Assembly (NCBI GenBank): GCA_041640595.1
Contig: JBEPZY010000003.1
Location: 508,342 to 572,341, forward strand
Direction of reading: 5' to 3'
DNA from: Gemmatales bacterium
GTDB taxonomy: Bacteria > Planctomycetota > Planctomycetia > Gemmatales > HRBIN36
DNA: 64,000 nucleotides
Shown here: one piece after another, positions 20,881 to 30,860 of the stretch
Position numbering within the stretch: the first letter of the stretch is position 1
How the letters are laid out: each line of letters starts with the position of its first letter
Translations under genes and position numbers: made by a program
Notes under the pieces: generated by a model
What the model was told of the DNA's origin: nothing
The model's input: only the letters and a program-made list of their open reading frames with translations
Database searches by the model: none

Positions 20881-22562
20881 CCAGCTTCCGCTGGCTGCTC
20901 GTTCGGCGTTGCTTCGGCCGGAGTCCGTGAGGGACTCGCTTTCGGTGGCGGTGCAAATCGCCGTACCTTGTCCCACCACCAGTAAAAGGTCACCGACCCG
21001 ACAATCGCCAGCCACATGAGTACGAGGATCGTGCTGGATACGTAAACATACCAGCGTTCGTGCCGGTACAGAACGTCCATGCCCAGGGCTTCGAACACCG
21101 CGTAGGGCGTGAAAACAAACGCGAATGCCAGCAGATCCTCCGGCACACGCAGCAGCGCCAGCACAACCGCGACCAGCAGCGAGGCAAATGCAATAAGCCC
21201 AACTTCCAAAAGCAGCAATACCCAGCCCGGAACCAGCTTGCCTCGCTGCCACTCCAAATACCGCCGCAACGTCAGTGCCGTCAACGCATAGGCAATGACG
21301 TAGCAGTCGGCCATAAAAGCGATAAACTCCCACTCAAGCCATGTATCGCTGGCGTAAGAGTAAAATAGCCCCTTAAACAGCCGCGCGCTGGTTCCAGCCC
21401 AGGAGAGCCAGAAGCCTATGAACCGCCGCGTCACCAGGCTGAAAACAGTCAGCACCAGGGCCAGCGTCAGGCCGTTGGCAGCTCCCGTATAAAACGGAAA
21501 CGCCAGCACCCGCAGCCAGCGAGTTCGTGGCACCTGCGCCAGCACACGCCGATTCCATTCCAGACGTTCGCTTACCGCAATACACCAGGCCAGCCAGCCG
21601 GTCACTGCGATTGTTCGTTCCATCATTTGAATTAGCTCCAGGTACGGGCTGGAGGATGTCGGTCCAAATAAGCTCGAAAATAGTTCGACCAGTGCCAGGA
21701 CCGCGATCCAGTAACCGATGGGCACCGCCAGCAACATGATTTTGAACGGCATGAGCCGATTACTCGGCGGTGGGCTGAGCAATGCGTGCGTGGCGGTGAA
21801 AAGCAGGATAAAACCAGCCACCAGCGTCAACGCCACAAAGCTCGAAACTACAATCACGCCTTCGTGATCGAATAAACCGGGTCCCCCGGCGAATATGGCC
21901 ACCGAACCGCCAGTCAACATGCCGACGCCTAGAAGCAGGCCGAACACCACTCCCAGGCCCAGCAACACCGCGAAGGGTCGGGGAGCAGGAATGGCCGCAA
22001 CGAACAACGCTGCCTGGACAGCGGTCATCATGGCCAGCACGTCCAGTCCCAAGAGTATTCCCGCGTAAAACAGGTCCAGTCCCCGCAGAAAATAGGCCAT
22101 GGTCATCACCGGTGCGGAGGCACTGAAGAACAACAATCCCAGCACCAGGGCCGCCAGCAATTTCCCCAGCACCAGCCATACCGGACGCAGCGGGGTGATG
22201 AACATCAGATCCAGGTTCACGTCCGAACGCTCCAGAAACAACCGCGTCCCGGCATATAAGGGAAGCAAACCGACTATGGTGATCGCCAGCTGTATCTGAA
22301 CGGCCAGAAAGACTTGCGCACCTACCGGGGATTCCGTCCAGATTTGCTCGGCAACGGACATCAAGATGATGCCGACCACCACCAGCTGCACCACCAGGTA
22401 AAGCAGGAACATCACCAGGGCGGTCCAGCCCCGGACTGCCTGTCGCAATTCCTTGACGACGATGGGATTGGGCCAGTCGGCCAGCCATTCGCCGAGCCGA
22501 CGCAGCAACGATCGCGGTTGACCGTCCTGGGCGAGGTTCAGCGTTGCCGGGGCCGAACTCAT
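20871..22562 (-). CDS. ABC-2-type permease-like multi-TM protein
   Basis: NPIVVKELRQAVR, ERSDVNLDLMFITPL..LVLGKL; ATG at 22562 overlaps the ATPase stop. Confidence 0.8.
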   Translation of the reverse strand: MSSAPATLNLAQDGQPRSLLRRLGEWLADWPNPIVVKELRQAVRGWTALVMFLLYLVVQLVVVGIILMSVAEQIWTESPVGAQVFLAVQIQLAITIVGLLPLYAGTRLFLERSDVNLDLMFITPLRPVWLVLGKLLAALVLGLLFFSASAPVMTMAYFLRGLDLFYAGILLGLDVLAMMTAVQAALFVAAIPAPRPFAVLLGLGVVFGLLLGVGMLTGGSVAIFAGGPGLFDHEGVIVVSSFVALTLVAGFILLFTATHALLSPPPSNRLMPFKIMLLAVPIGYWIAVLALVELFSSLFGPTSSSPYLELIQMMERTIAVTGWLAWCIAVSERLEWNRRVLAQVPRTRWLRVLAFPFYTGAANGLTLALVLTVFSLVTRRFIGFWLSWAGTSARLFKGLFYSYASDTWLEWEFIAFMADCYVIAYALTALTLRRYLEWQRGKLVPGWVLLLLEVGLIAFASLLVAVVLALLRVPEDLLAFAFVFTPYAVFEALGMDVLYRHERWYVYVSSTILVLMWLAIVGSVTFYWWWDKVRRFAPPPKASPSRTPAEATPNEQPAEAGGR

Positions 22563-23488
22563 GCCACTTCTCCTTTCGTTACCGCCAGGAAGAGCTGTTC
22601 CAGAGCCGCCGATTCGATCTGGAATTCGACAACCGGCAATCCCTGACGAACCAGTTCGGCCAGTACGGTACAACACTCGCCATCGCCGCCACGAATCCAG
22701 ATTCGCAGCACCTGATCCGCACGGGCCACCGATTCGACATGCGGCAGGCAAGAAACTTTTTCCAGTGCCCCGTCCAGGCTCTCCAGCAATCGCAGGCGAA
22801 CCACCCGATGCGTCGTGCTTTCCTGGAGGACCTGCTGCAACGAACCCGCCCGCACCAGCTTGCCTCGCTCCAGGATCACCACACCGGTGATCATCTGCTC
22901 CAGTTCGGCCAGGATGTGGGAACTGACCAGGATGGCTTTGCCCTGATTGCACAGGGCCCGCAACAGTTCGCGTAATTCGATACGGGCTCGCGGATCCAGC
23001 CCGGCAGCCGGTTCGTCTAAAACCAGAATGGGCGGATCGTGCAGCAATGCCCGCGCCACGCTCACTCGCTGTTTCATTCCCTTGGACAGGGCATGGATGC
23101 TTTTCTCTCGCAGATTGACGAGGTTGGTGAATTCCTCGATGCTTTCGACGACTCGCCGGCGGAGTTGTCCCCGCAAACCACAGGCACGAGCGAAAAAGTC
23201 GAGGTATTCGTGGACGTTAATATCGCGGTGGTTCGGTAAGGAATCGGGTACGAATCCAATCAGCCGCCTGCCCTGCTCCGGATACTGCACGATGGAAACA
23301 CCGTCCACGCGAACATCCCCGGCAGTCGGTTCGTCGAGCGTGGCCAGGATGCGCATGAGTGTGGTTTTGCCGGCCCCGTTCGGCCCCACCAGTCCGATAA
23401 TCTGGTGCGTGGCAAAGGAAAACGAGACGTCGTCCACCGCTTTCACTTTGCCGAAATAACGCTTCAATCCGTCAATTTCCACCAGCAT
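22559..23488 (-). CDS. ABC transporter ATP-binding protein
   Basis: Walker A GPNGAGKTT, signature LSKGMKQ, Walker B ILVLDEP, H-loop SSH. Confidence 0.95.
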   Translation of the reverse strand: MLVEIDGLKRYFGKVKAVDDVSFSFATHQIIGLVGPNGAGKTTLMRILATLDEPTAGDVRVDGVSIVQYPEQGRRLIGFVPDSLPNHRDINVHEYLDFFARACGLRGQLRRRVVESIEEFTNLVNLREKSIHALSKGMKQRVSVARALLHDPPILVLDEPAAGLDPRARIELRELLRALCNQGKAILVSSHILAELEQMITGVVILERGKLVRAGSLQQVLQESTTHRVVRLRLLESLDGALEKVSCLPHVESVARADQVLRIWIRGGDGECCTVLAELVRQGLPVVEFQIESAALEQLFLAVTKGEVA

Positions 23489-23513
23489 GGCTTGGCTCAC
23501 GAAGTAGCAGAGT

Positions 23514-26027
23514 CTAGCGCGGCGGGTCGAATATGCCCAGGACCCAGCAGCGTTCCTCGCGCGACTTGACCCAGCGCAGGCCCGGCCCCAGGAATCGGCT
23601 TTCTTCCAGTTCCGCCAGATACCGTCCCGGACACAGCAATTGATGCGCTTTCGGCCCATCCTCGGCCAGCAATTCGGCTGACCAGTGACGCAGTCCGGAA
23701 CCGCCACTGCCCAGAACTAACCAGTTATGCAACGTCCCTGGGAAAAAACTCGGCAATGAAAGCGGCCGTCCAGTGGTCGGCTCGGTTTTCCCAGGTTGGA
23801 CGATTACAACCTTGGGAAGGCCGATTCGTTCATCGGGAGGATTGATAATGTCGCCGGGAGGAGTCGGCGGGACTGGCGTTCGCCACCGCGACCATGCAGC
23901 TTTCCAGACGTGGACCCAGATGTCGACGGCACTCTGATACTCGGCCGGTGGGTCGCAGGGCTGCAATTCGATTTCCTGTCCGGCGGGCAAAGAATCAGCC
24001 GACCACCACCGTCCATCGTGGTCGCAGAGCAATAGTTTCCTTACTCCGCAGCCCAGTCCGTTGGCCGCGAATAGCCGTCCCCCGTCGCGGCGAAGTTCGA
24101 GCCGTTCCCGCCGCACTTCGCACCGCCTCACCGTAGCGTATTCGGTTACTCGCGGCACCACCCAACCGCTGACCAGATGCTGCTTCTCCGACCAATCCAC
24201 CACCGTTTGCCGTGGCTGACTCGCGCGGCGAGCATAATAGCGGCGACCGTAGGGGCCGTACGGACCATAGCGGCCATACGGATCGTATTCCCCGGCTGTC
24301 TCGAAAAACGTCGGTTCGGTATCGTAGTCCAGCTGTATTCCGCCAGGAGGTGTGATCGGCGAGTAAATGGCCAGCACACCGAGCGTGCTCGCCCGATGAT
24401 GCCGTTCGTCCAGAACCGTCAGAGCACGCACACCAATCCGCGCCGAAACCCCTTCTGCCAGGAAACCGTACAGGAACACCACCAGGCTCCCCGTCAGAGC
24501 GATCACCGGCACCACCCAGACCAACCAGATGCGCCGCTTGAATCGGCCCAGCACAAACAGCGTCACCGGCCCAATCAACGCCGAGAACAGCAGCAGGATC
24601 ACAAAGAAACCCAGCACCGGTACGCCGATCCCCCGCACCCCTGTAAACGCTTGCCTGAGCAACTGCTCACGAGGATCCTCCGAGGCCAATAGTTCGTGGC
24701 TGACCCGAAAGCAAGATTCGACACTTTTGCCCCAATTTGTCAAAACCTGGCCTGCCACTCTGCTGGTCACCAGCACCTGGCGGGTCTGGCCAGGCGATAC
24801 GGGTGTGGGCTGGTGCGTTTGCACCAGCACATAATACACTTGCCCGAATCCGCACGGCAGATAACCGCCATGCCCGGTCTCTGTCAGTCCCAGTTCCGGC
24901 TCCAGTTGCGGCAGTACCTCGGGCGTTTTGGGTTGCTGGCCGTTCTGACCGTCGGATTTCTGCCCTTTCGACTTTTCGACGGCAAGCACAGCCGCCATCG
25001 CATCGGTAGCCGGGAACGAACTCAGAATCTCCTGTCGCCGCGCTAACGCTGTTTTCTGCAAAGACTCATCGCCCGGAGCAAAATCCTCGAGCACGAGCGT
25101 CCCCTGGGGCGTATCGGTCGCAGCGGGCTTTTTCGGAGGCGCGACCGTATGCACATCGAGAAACACCAGCGAACCGCCCAGCGTTACCCAGCGAATAATG
25201 GCCTCCTGCACTTCTGCTGGTGCCTCCCACCAATCTTTCGGCGTCAGCACCATCCCCTGAAAGGCCGAGTAACTGATCCAGTGGCTGTCCCAGTCTCGAA
25301 CGGGGGCATCCCAGACACACAACGCCAGTTCCCGCTGAATGAAAGCTTCGGGGCCGATTCCAACGGGTCCCGTGTCAAGTGGCTTAGTCATTGGCATTGT
25401 GGCAACCCAGGGGCCACTATACGGGCTCCAACTGCTCGAATACATCTGCTGCGGTTGTTCCGTAAGCTCGAAGCGCACCTGCCTTTCCCGTAGGAATCCG
25501 CGAGGCAACCAGTCAGAGTGGTCTCCGAAGACCAGACCGCGTGCGAAACGTGCAGCGTCGCTGCTGGCTAAAACCCGCGGAGTGTGGGCCAGCATGAATC
25601 CGCTGCGCGATAAACCGCTGAACCGCAAAGTGTTGTCCACCTGGCGACCGTTGACGAAAAATTGCAGGGCCAGTTCCGAGTATGCCGGGGCTGGTAGCCA
25701 GAGCGTCGCCCGAGCAGTGCTCCGGGGTTCGACGGTAACCTTTCGCAGCGCCCGCCAGTTGACGTGGCGATAGGTGGCGGTTTCCGGACACCGCACTTCG
25801 ATTTCGTACCGCCGGTCGGAACCGTTTTCGATCACGCACACCACCGGCCAGTAGCCGAGCGTGTGCCCAGCGTTAAGATTCGGGGAGTGAGCCAGGACAC
25901 GCACCTGCGGGGCCAGTTCCAACTGTCCCCACACTGCGGCCGGACAGCACCACACCGCTAGCACAACCGCCAGACCAACACCTGGCCCGCTCCGTTTTAT
26001 CACAGCGTTCCGGAAGTGCGCGAACAT
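23514..26027 (-). CDS. Large exported/membrane hypothetical protein of the MoxR/ABC operon
   Basis: Signal peptide; two central TM helices (FFVILLLFSALIGPV..., WLVWVVPVIAL); co-oriented within the operon. Confidence 0.75.
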   Translation of the reverse strand: MFAHFRNAVIKRSGPGVGLAVVLAVWCCPAAVWGQLELAPQVRVLAHSPNLNAGHTLGYWPVVCVIENGSDRRYEIEVRCPETATYRHVNWRALRKVTVEPRSTARATLWLPAPAYSELALQFFVNGRQVDNTLRFSGLSRSGFMLAHTPRVLASSDAARFARGLVFGDHSDWLPRGFLRERQVRFELTEQPQQMYSSSWSPYSGPWVATMPMTKPLDTGPVGIGPEAFIQRELALCVWDAPVRDWDSHWISYSAFQGMVLTPKDWWEAPAEVQEAIIRWVTLGGSLVFLDVHTVAPPKKPAATDTPQGTLVLEDFAPGDESLQKTALARRQEILSSFPATDAMAAVLAVEKSKGQKSDGQNGQQPKTPEVLPQLEPELGLTETGHGGYLPCGFGQVYYVLVQTHQPTPVSPGQTRQVLVTSRVAGQVLTNWGKSVESCFRVSHELLASEDPREQLLRQAFTGVRGIGVPVLGFFVILLLFSALIGPVTLFVLGRFKRRIWLVWVVPVIALTGSLVVFLYGFLAEGVSARIGVRALTVLDERHHRASTLGVLAIYSPITPPGGIQLDYDTEPTFFETAGEYDPYGRYGPYGPYGRRYYARRASQPRQTVVDWSEKQHLVSGWVVPRVTEYATVRRCEVRRERLELRRDGGRLFAANGLGCGVRKLLLCDHDGRWWSADSLPAGQEIELQPCDPPAEYQSAVDIWVHVWKAAWSRWRTPVPPTPPGDIINPPDERIGLPKVVIVQPGKTEPTTGRPLSLPSFFPGTLHNWLVLGSGGSGLRHWSAELLAEDGPKAHQLLCPGRYLAELEESRFLGPGLRWVKSREERCWVLGIFDPPR

Positions 26028-26312
26028 GGTTGGTCCCTCCGGCCATTCACGATCCCATCAGACTCACGCCACCCGCTCCCGCTTGGGCATGCGCAAGTCA
26101 ATCCCGCTTGGGTATGCGGAAGTCGGTATGGCGTGCCTTTCCCTCGGCAGTCGCTTCCAGGCTATTTCCCACGTTGTTCGGCCACCGCAATATGAACGGA
26201 TAGTCTTCTGCGGGCATCAGGCCATAGAAGTTATCCCTGACGCTGGTGCATCGGCCCGCATCAAAGGGCGGCAAGTCAGCGGATTGGTCGCATCTTCTAT
26301 CCGGACGAGGAT

Positions 26313-27353
26313 TCACCGGCCCGGCGTTTGGAGCTGGACGTCGTCAGGCAAATCGAGCGGCACGGCGGGTATTTGTTGCAGTAGCTGCTCGATGACCTGA
26401 GCGGGAGTAACGCGATCGAGGCGTGCTTTGTAGGCCAGAAGCACGCGGTGTTGCAGAGCGGGTATGGCGACGGCTCGGATATCCTCGAAACCGACGGTAG
26501 GTCGGCCGCATAAAAGTGCGTGCGCTCGCCCCGCTTCGGCCAGAGCAATCGCTCCGCGCGGACTGGAACCGTAGGCGACATATTCTTTGACCAGCGGCGG
26601 TGCCAGGGGCGATTGGGCATGCGTCGCCGACACCAGCCGCGCAATATACCGCGATACCGCTTTCGGCAAATAAATGCGTTCCATCAGCTGATACAGTCTG
26701 ACCAGCTCTTCCCGACTCAACGCCCAATCCGGTTTGGGAGGTTCGCCACGCCGACGCGTGCTGATAATCCCGTCCAGCACGTCTTCCGACACCTGTTCGA
26801 CCATCAGTTTGAACAGGAAGCGATCCAGTTGCGCTTCGGGTAACGGATAGGTGCCTTCCAGTTCGATAGGGTTTTGCGAGGCCAGGACGAAAAACGGTTC
26901 CGGGAGCGGTCGGGTGGTTCCCAAAAGCGTTACCTGCCGTTCCTGCATCGCCTCCAGCAGGGCCGACTGCGTTTTCGGTGAAGCGCGGTTGATTTCATCG
27001 GCCAGCAGCAAATTGGTAAAAATCGGCCCCGGACGAAATACCAGTTCCCGATGACCGTCCTGGCTTTCCTGCAAAATGTAGCTGCCGAGAATATCGCCCG
27101 GCATCAGATCGGGAGTGAATTGCACCCGTTTGAACTCCAGCTGCAACAGTTGCCCCAGCGCCTTGATCAGTGTGGTCTTGCCAACACCCGGCACGCCTTC
27201 CAGCAACACATGCCCGCGACTGAGTAAGGCGACTATGACCAGGCGATGCAATTCCGACCGGCCTAACAACATCCGATCCAATTCGCTGAGCAGACGCTGC
27301 AACACCGTCCCGGCTGCTTCCAGCTCCTTGGTCGTCGGCAACGAGACCGTCAT
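26313..27353 (-). CDS. MoxR-family AAA+ ATPase
   Basis: GHVLLEGVPGVGKT, RVQFTPDLMPGDI, LLADEINRASPKTQSALLEAMQE, GTYPLPEAQLDRF. Confidence 0.96.
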   Translation of the reverse strand: MTVSLPTTKELEAAGTVLQRLLSELDRMLLGRSELHRLVIVALLSRGHVLLEGVPGVGKTTLIKALGQLLQLEFKRVQFTPDLMPGDILGSYILQESQDGHRELVFRPGPIFTNLLLADEINRASPKTQSALLEAMQERQVTLLGTTRPLPEPFFVLASQNPIELEGTYPLPEAQLDRFLFKLMVEQVSEDVLDGIISTRRRGEPPKPDWALSREELVRLYQLMERIYLPKAVSRYIARLVSATHAQSPLAPPLVKEYVAYGSSPRGAIALAEAGRAHALLCGRPTVGFEDIRAVAIPALQHRVLLAYKARLDRVTPAQVIEQLLQQIPAVPLDLPDDVQLQTPGR

Positions 27354-27537
27354 GGTTTCCCCGCTGTATTTGCGACCATGTCAGGGACGAGGATCATTCG
27401 CTCGGCATCCGCAATCGCTCGCGTCCTCGTCCTGGCTTATCTGGACCCCGATGATTTGCAATCCGGCGTTGCCTGCAAAATTCGGAGCGACTCCCGTTCT
27501 TGCTGGCCGGGCTGAATTCCAGGCATTGTGACGGAGG

Positions 27538-28995
27538 TTATCGCCCCGATTCAAAATACTGTCGCACACTGCGACGATGGCGTGGCAGGGTCAGGCGATC
27601 GTAGCCTTCCCCCGTACCGTTCCGGTCACCCAGAGCACCGCCCTGAGAGGTTTCCCGGCGATCGGTGGTCGGTTTGACCCGTTGCACCTGCAAGATAGGC
27701 GTCTCCAGATGATGCAGAGCGCCAGGTTTGAGTGCCTCGGGCTTGAGTTGCACACCTTCCGCCGAACTGGGCTTACCAAAGGTCAGTGGGGCATCGCCAC
27801 GCCCGCGATTAATGCCACCCACTCCCGGCGGACCGTCGCCATTGACCGGCGATTGCCCGGCTTGGTTTTTGCCGCGACACAGCAACAGGAGCAACTCCTC
27901 CGCATCGCAATCGCCTTCACCCTCTTCGCACTTTTCCAGGCATGCTTTGATCCATTCCAGGTCCACCGGTCGGAGCGGCAGGTCTTTCAGTTTGCGGAGC
28001 AACTCCGGGTCGAGCAGACCGAGCTCGGCCAGTTCGTCGAGATCGAGAGCTTCGCCGTCGAGCAATTCTTTGAGTTTCTCGGCCAGTTCGGCCAGTTCCT
28101 CGTTTGTGAACGGACTGCCGTCTTTGTGTTGCTCCAGCAGGTCTTGCAGTTCCTTGGCATTTTCGTTTGCCCGTGCGGCATTCAGGCTTTGCTGGAGCAA
28201 CTGCTGCAAAGCCTGGCTGGCTAATTTCGACTGCTCTGGCTTCAGTTCGCCCGACTGTGTCAGTTCCTTAAGCGCTTCCGCCAGGTTCCTGGCTTCCTGG
28301 AGTTGCTCCCGCTGTTCGGCCCATTTTTGCACACCTTGTTGGGCAAGTTGCTGGAGCGCCCGTTCGAGATGATCCAGGGCTTCATGCGATTTGCCTGGTT
28401 CGTAGGAATCGGAGTTCCTGCGAATCTGCTGCAATTCGGCACGAAGTTCGTCATAGCGCGACGTGTCCACCAGGCCGAGATCGTGGAGTTTTTGCAATTG
28501 CTGCTCGAGGCGTTCAATTTGCCGTTCGGCTGCCCGCGACGGTGTGCCGTGCAATTGCAGGAACCGTTGCGGCAACCACAGACCCACGCCGACATAGGCG
28601 AGGCTCACCGCCAGCAATGCCAGAGCCGGACGCTTTTTCCACGCGACCTTCGGAAGTTGCTCGCCGTGAATCTCCGCGTGCCAGCCATCCAGCGAAACTT
28701 CCAACCGGCTCATCAGCAAACCGCCGCAGGCATTTTCGGCATCCAGCCAGGCCAGCAGCGATGCTTCATCCGGTACGCGACGCATCCCGTTCCAGGCTCC
28801 GATCACTGCCGCGGCAAGGACACCTGCCAGCCCGATCAGAAGCCAATCACTGCTTGCGGGCCAAACCAATCGCGCCACCACGATGGCACTGCCCCAGACC
28901 AGCAAAGCCAGACTCGACCACCAGACGGCCGCCCGCATCGCACAGGCCCATTGCAACCGTCGTGCCAGCTCCCTCGCAGACCAGGACACGCTCAT
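27538..28995 (-). CDS. Membrane protein with long coiled coil, MoxR-operon associated
   Basis: RBS GGAGG before the ATG at 28995; three TM helices, Q/E/L-rich coil, C-terminal LP..RRSVRQYF. Confidence 0.75.
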   Translation of the reverse strand: MSVSWSARELARRLQWACAMRAAVWWSSLALLVWGSAIVVARLVWPASSDWLLIGLAGVLAAAVIGAWNGMRRVPDEASLLAWLDAENACGGLLMSRLEVSLDGWHAEIHGEQLPKVAWKKRPALALLAVSLAYVGVGLWLPQRFLQLHGTPSRAAERQIERLEQQLQKLHDLGLVDTSRYDELRAELQQIRRNSDSYEPGKSHEALDHLERALQQLAQQGVQKWAEQREQLQEARNLAEALKELTQSGELKPEQSKLASQALQQLLQQSLNAARANENAKELQDLLEQHKDGSPFTNEELAELAEKLKELLDGEALDLDELAELGLLDPELLRKLKDLPLRPVDLEWIKACLEKCEEGEGDCDAEELLLLLCRGKNQAGQSPVNGDGPPGVGGINRGRGDAPLTFGKPSSAEGVQLKPEALKPGALHHLETPILQVQRVKPTTDRRETSQGGALGDRNGTGEGYDRLTLPRHRRSVRQYFESGR

Positions 28996-29154
28996 GTTCA
29001 GCCTCCGCCCATCGAGTCGGCCAGGCCGACCTTCTTTGGTTTCGACGCTATCTTCCGTTTCGTATAACGTTCGACTATCCCCCGGTTTCCGGCTGGCAAG
29101 TTTCGTCCAGGCCCGGCACAAAGATATGGCTCTACCATTAGGATACGCTGTTTC

Positions 29155-29408
29155 GGGCGGGAGTTTAGCTCCGTAGATTCAGTTTTCCCGCGGCGGACTG
29201 ACGCCGAGCTGAGCGAAACGATCCGCACATCCGGCGTCAGTTCCCGGCCGCCCCAGGTCGCCGGGCCGGTATCTCACGGGCCTGCCGTGGCATAGGGGCC
29301 GATCCTTGGCGTTGCCCATGGCCGGCGGGTATCGGTCTGCCAGCCGGTATCGCTCGCCCCTGCCAGGATTATGACGAATGTCCAGTCCGCAAGAGGTTCG
29401 CCCTCCCC
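29155..29408 (-). ncRNA. Candidate structured RNA or long structured leader, family unknown
   Basis: Lies immediately downstream of a TTGACA-N17-TCCAAT promoter; several nested complementary segments; no convincing ORF. Confidence 0.35.
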
Positions 29409-29414
29409 ACACTC

Positions 29415-29443
29415 ATTGGAGCCAGCCTGGCGAAGTTTGTCAA
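29415..29443 (-). promoter_or_regulatory. Sigma70-type promoter
   Basis: Minus strand: TTGACA (29443-29438), 17-bp spacer, TCCAAT (29420-29415). Confidence 0.6.
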
Positions 29444-29458
29444 GCAACCGGCGGACCC

Positions 29459-29613
29459 GGTGGTCAGTGATCAGTGGTCAGTGGTCGGTAACCGGCGACA
29501 AGTGGTCAGTGAAAAGTGGCCGGTGGCCGGCGAGAAGAGCTCAGTGAAAGGTGGCCAGTGAATAGTGGCCAGTGGTCAGAAAGAAGTGGCCAGTGAGCGG
29601 TACCAGTGGTCAG
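29459..29613. repeat. Heptamer array (AGTGGTC/AGTGGCC), reverse complement of the 20.4-20.9 kb array type
   Basis: GGTGGTCAGTGATCAGTGGTCAGTGGTC...AGTGGCCAGTGGTCAG. Confidence 0.8.
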
Positions 29614-29644
29614 TTACCTGGGGAGATTGGCGGCAATCGCTGCG

Positions 29645-29815
29645 GGCAATTGTGGCAATATCCTCAACGACGCGGGGTTGATTACAGACGGCGAAAAGGG
29701 CCCCGATACGCCGGGCGGTTGGGTCACTCTTACCAACGACGCGGGGTTGATTACAGAGGGAGAAAAGGCCCGATACGCCGGGCAAATGTGGCACTCTTCT
29801 CAACGACACGGGGCC
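29645..29815. repeat. Tandem repeat, 67-69 bp period, about 2.5 copies
   Basis: CAACGAC(G/A)CGGGG at 29665, 29734 and 29801; the first two units share TTGATTACAGA..GAAAAGG..CCCGATACGCCGGGC. Confidence 0.8.
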
Positions 29816-30081
29816 AGTGATCAGTTGCCGGGGCGAATGTTACTGTGAGAATGGACGGGCAACAGTGGTCGGTGGGCAGGGTGAACGGTGTTATCCATCC
29901 AGTTCAGCAGGAAATGTGCAAGAGCAACAACCAGAAGGGGAGGCAGGATGAATGTCGTTAGCCGCGGGGTAGCAGCGACGGCGGAGTGAAACAGCGCTAG
30001 CTTCGTAGCCAGCACGGCAGATTGCAGCACGGCACAGAGATACGCCCTGCGCGCCGAACAGTTTGCCGACACGAGACGATA

Positions 30082-30275
30082 GCAACCTGGATTGCGATCC
30101 GATGGCCGTTCGCGGTATGAGTACGATACTGTAGTTGATGCCGGTAACGCAATAAGTGGCGGTCTGGAATGCGGTCAGGTGGCCGTTCGTGGCATGAACC
30201 GTTATCGCACCGATTAGTGTTGGTACGCGATGAGTAGCGGTCTGGAATGCGGTCAGGAGGGCGTTTTTGGCTTGC
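30082..30275. repeat. Diverged tandem repeat, 77-78 bp period
   Basis: GCGGTCTGGAATGCGGTCAGG at 30159 and 30237; degenerate copy at 30082; TGGCCGTTCG at 30103 and 30180. Confidence 0.75.
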
Positions 30276-30332
30276 GCACGGCAGAGTCAGGCCAGTCGCT
30301 GCTGGCTGAAACGGACGCGCCAGGCGGCAGGC

Positions 30333-30860
30333 TTATCGGCCAAACCAGTAGTAGGGAACGGCCTGGCCAGGATGCCAGTTGTATGTCGGCGTGCTGACGG
30401 GAATTCCCGGTAAAACCGCATCGTTGGGCCACAACTGCGGTAACGGGGAGCTGGGAGCTGGTGGCGCAGCTCCGTCGGCAGCTTGTGCCTGTCCACCGGC
30501 AGGCTGACCGTTTGCTGCTGGCCAGAGTGGATACCCGGGCAGACCCGCCGATGGATAGGTGTACGTCCATCCGGAAACGTGAGGAGCCGGGACACCGTAT
30601 TGCGTCCAGCCCGGCGTGCTCGGCCAGGTTGCGCTGGGCGGATACATCAGGAACCACGGATACGGATGGATCGCGGATTGCGGATATCCAATGGCGAACC
30701 AGTGTCCGCCGTGGGGATACCCGGCTGCTCCCCAGAAAACCAGGCTCGGATGTGTCCAGTTCACGCTGGCCCCGACTTTCCACCAGTAATCATGGGCGGT
30801 TGCCGTCGCTGTCCAGCCGAGCAAACCAGCCAGCCCGATCGTGACCGCAAGGCATCGCAT
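30333..30860 (-). CDS. Secreted Pro/Tyr/Trp/Gly-rich hypothetical protein
   Basis: RBS GGAGG; signal peptide MRCLAVTIGLAGLLGWTATATA; ends VPYYWFGR. Confidence 0.7.
   Translation of the reverse strand: MRCLAVTIGLAGLLGWTATATAHDYWWKVGASVNWTHPSLVFWGAAGYPHGGHWFAIGYPQSAIHPYPWFLMYPPSATWPSTPGWTQYGVPAPHVSGWTYTYPSAGLPGYPLWPAANGQPAGGQAQAADGAAPPAPSSPLPQLWPNDAVLPGIPVSTPTYNWHPGQAVPYYWFGR

Noticed and set aside
22563..22952. N-terminal extensions given by the ORF track (permease, ABC ATPase, serine hydrolase, STAS, CbiG-like, ECF)
   Set aside because: They overlap neighbouring genes or lack an RBS; downstream starts with an RBS or ATGA coupling fit better.
29155..29408. Assignment to TPP, SAM-I or c-di-AMP riboswitch, SRP or tmRNA
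   Set aside because: Only short partial resemblances; the defining conserved motifs are missing.
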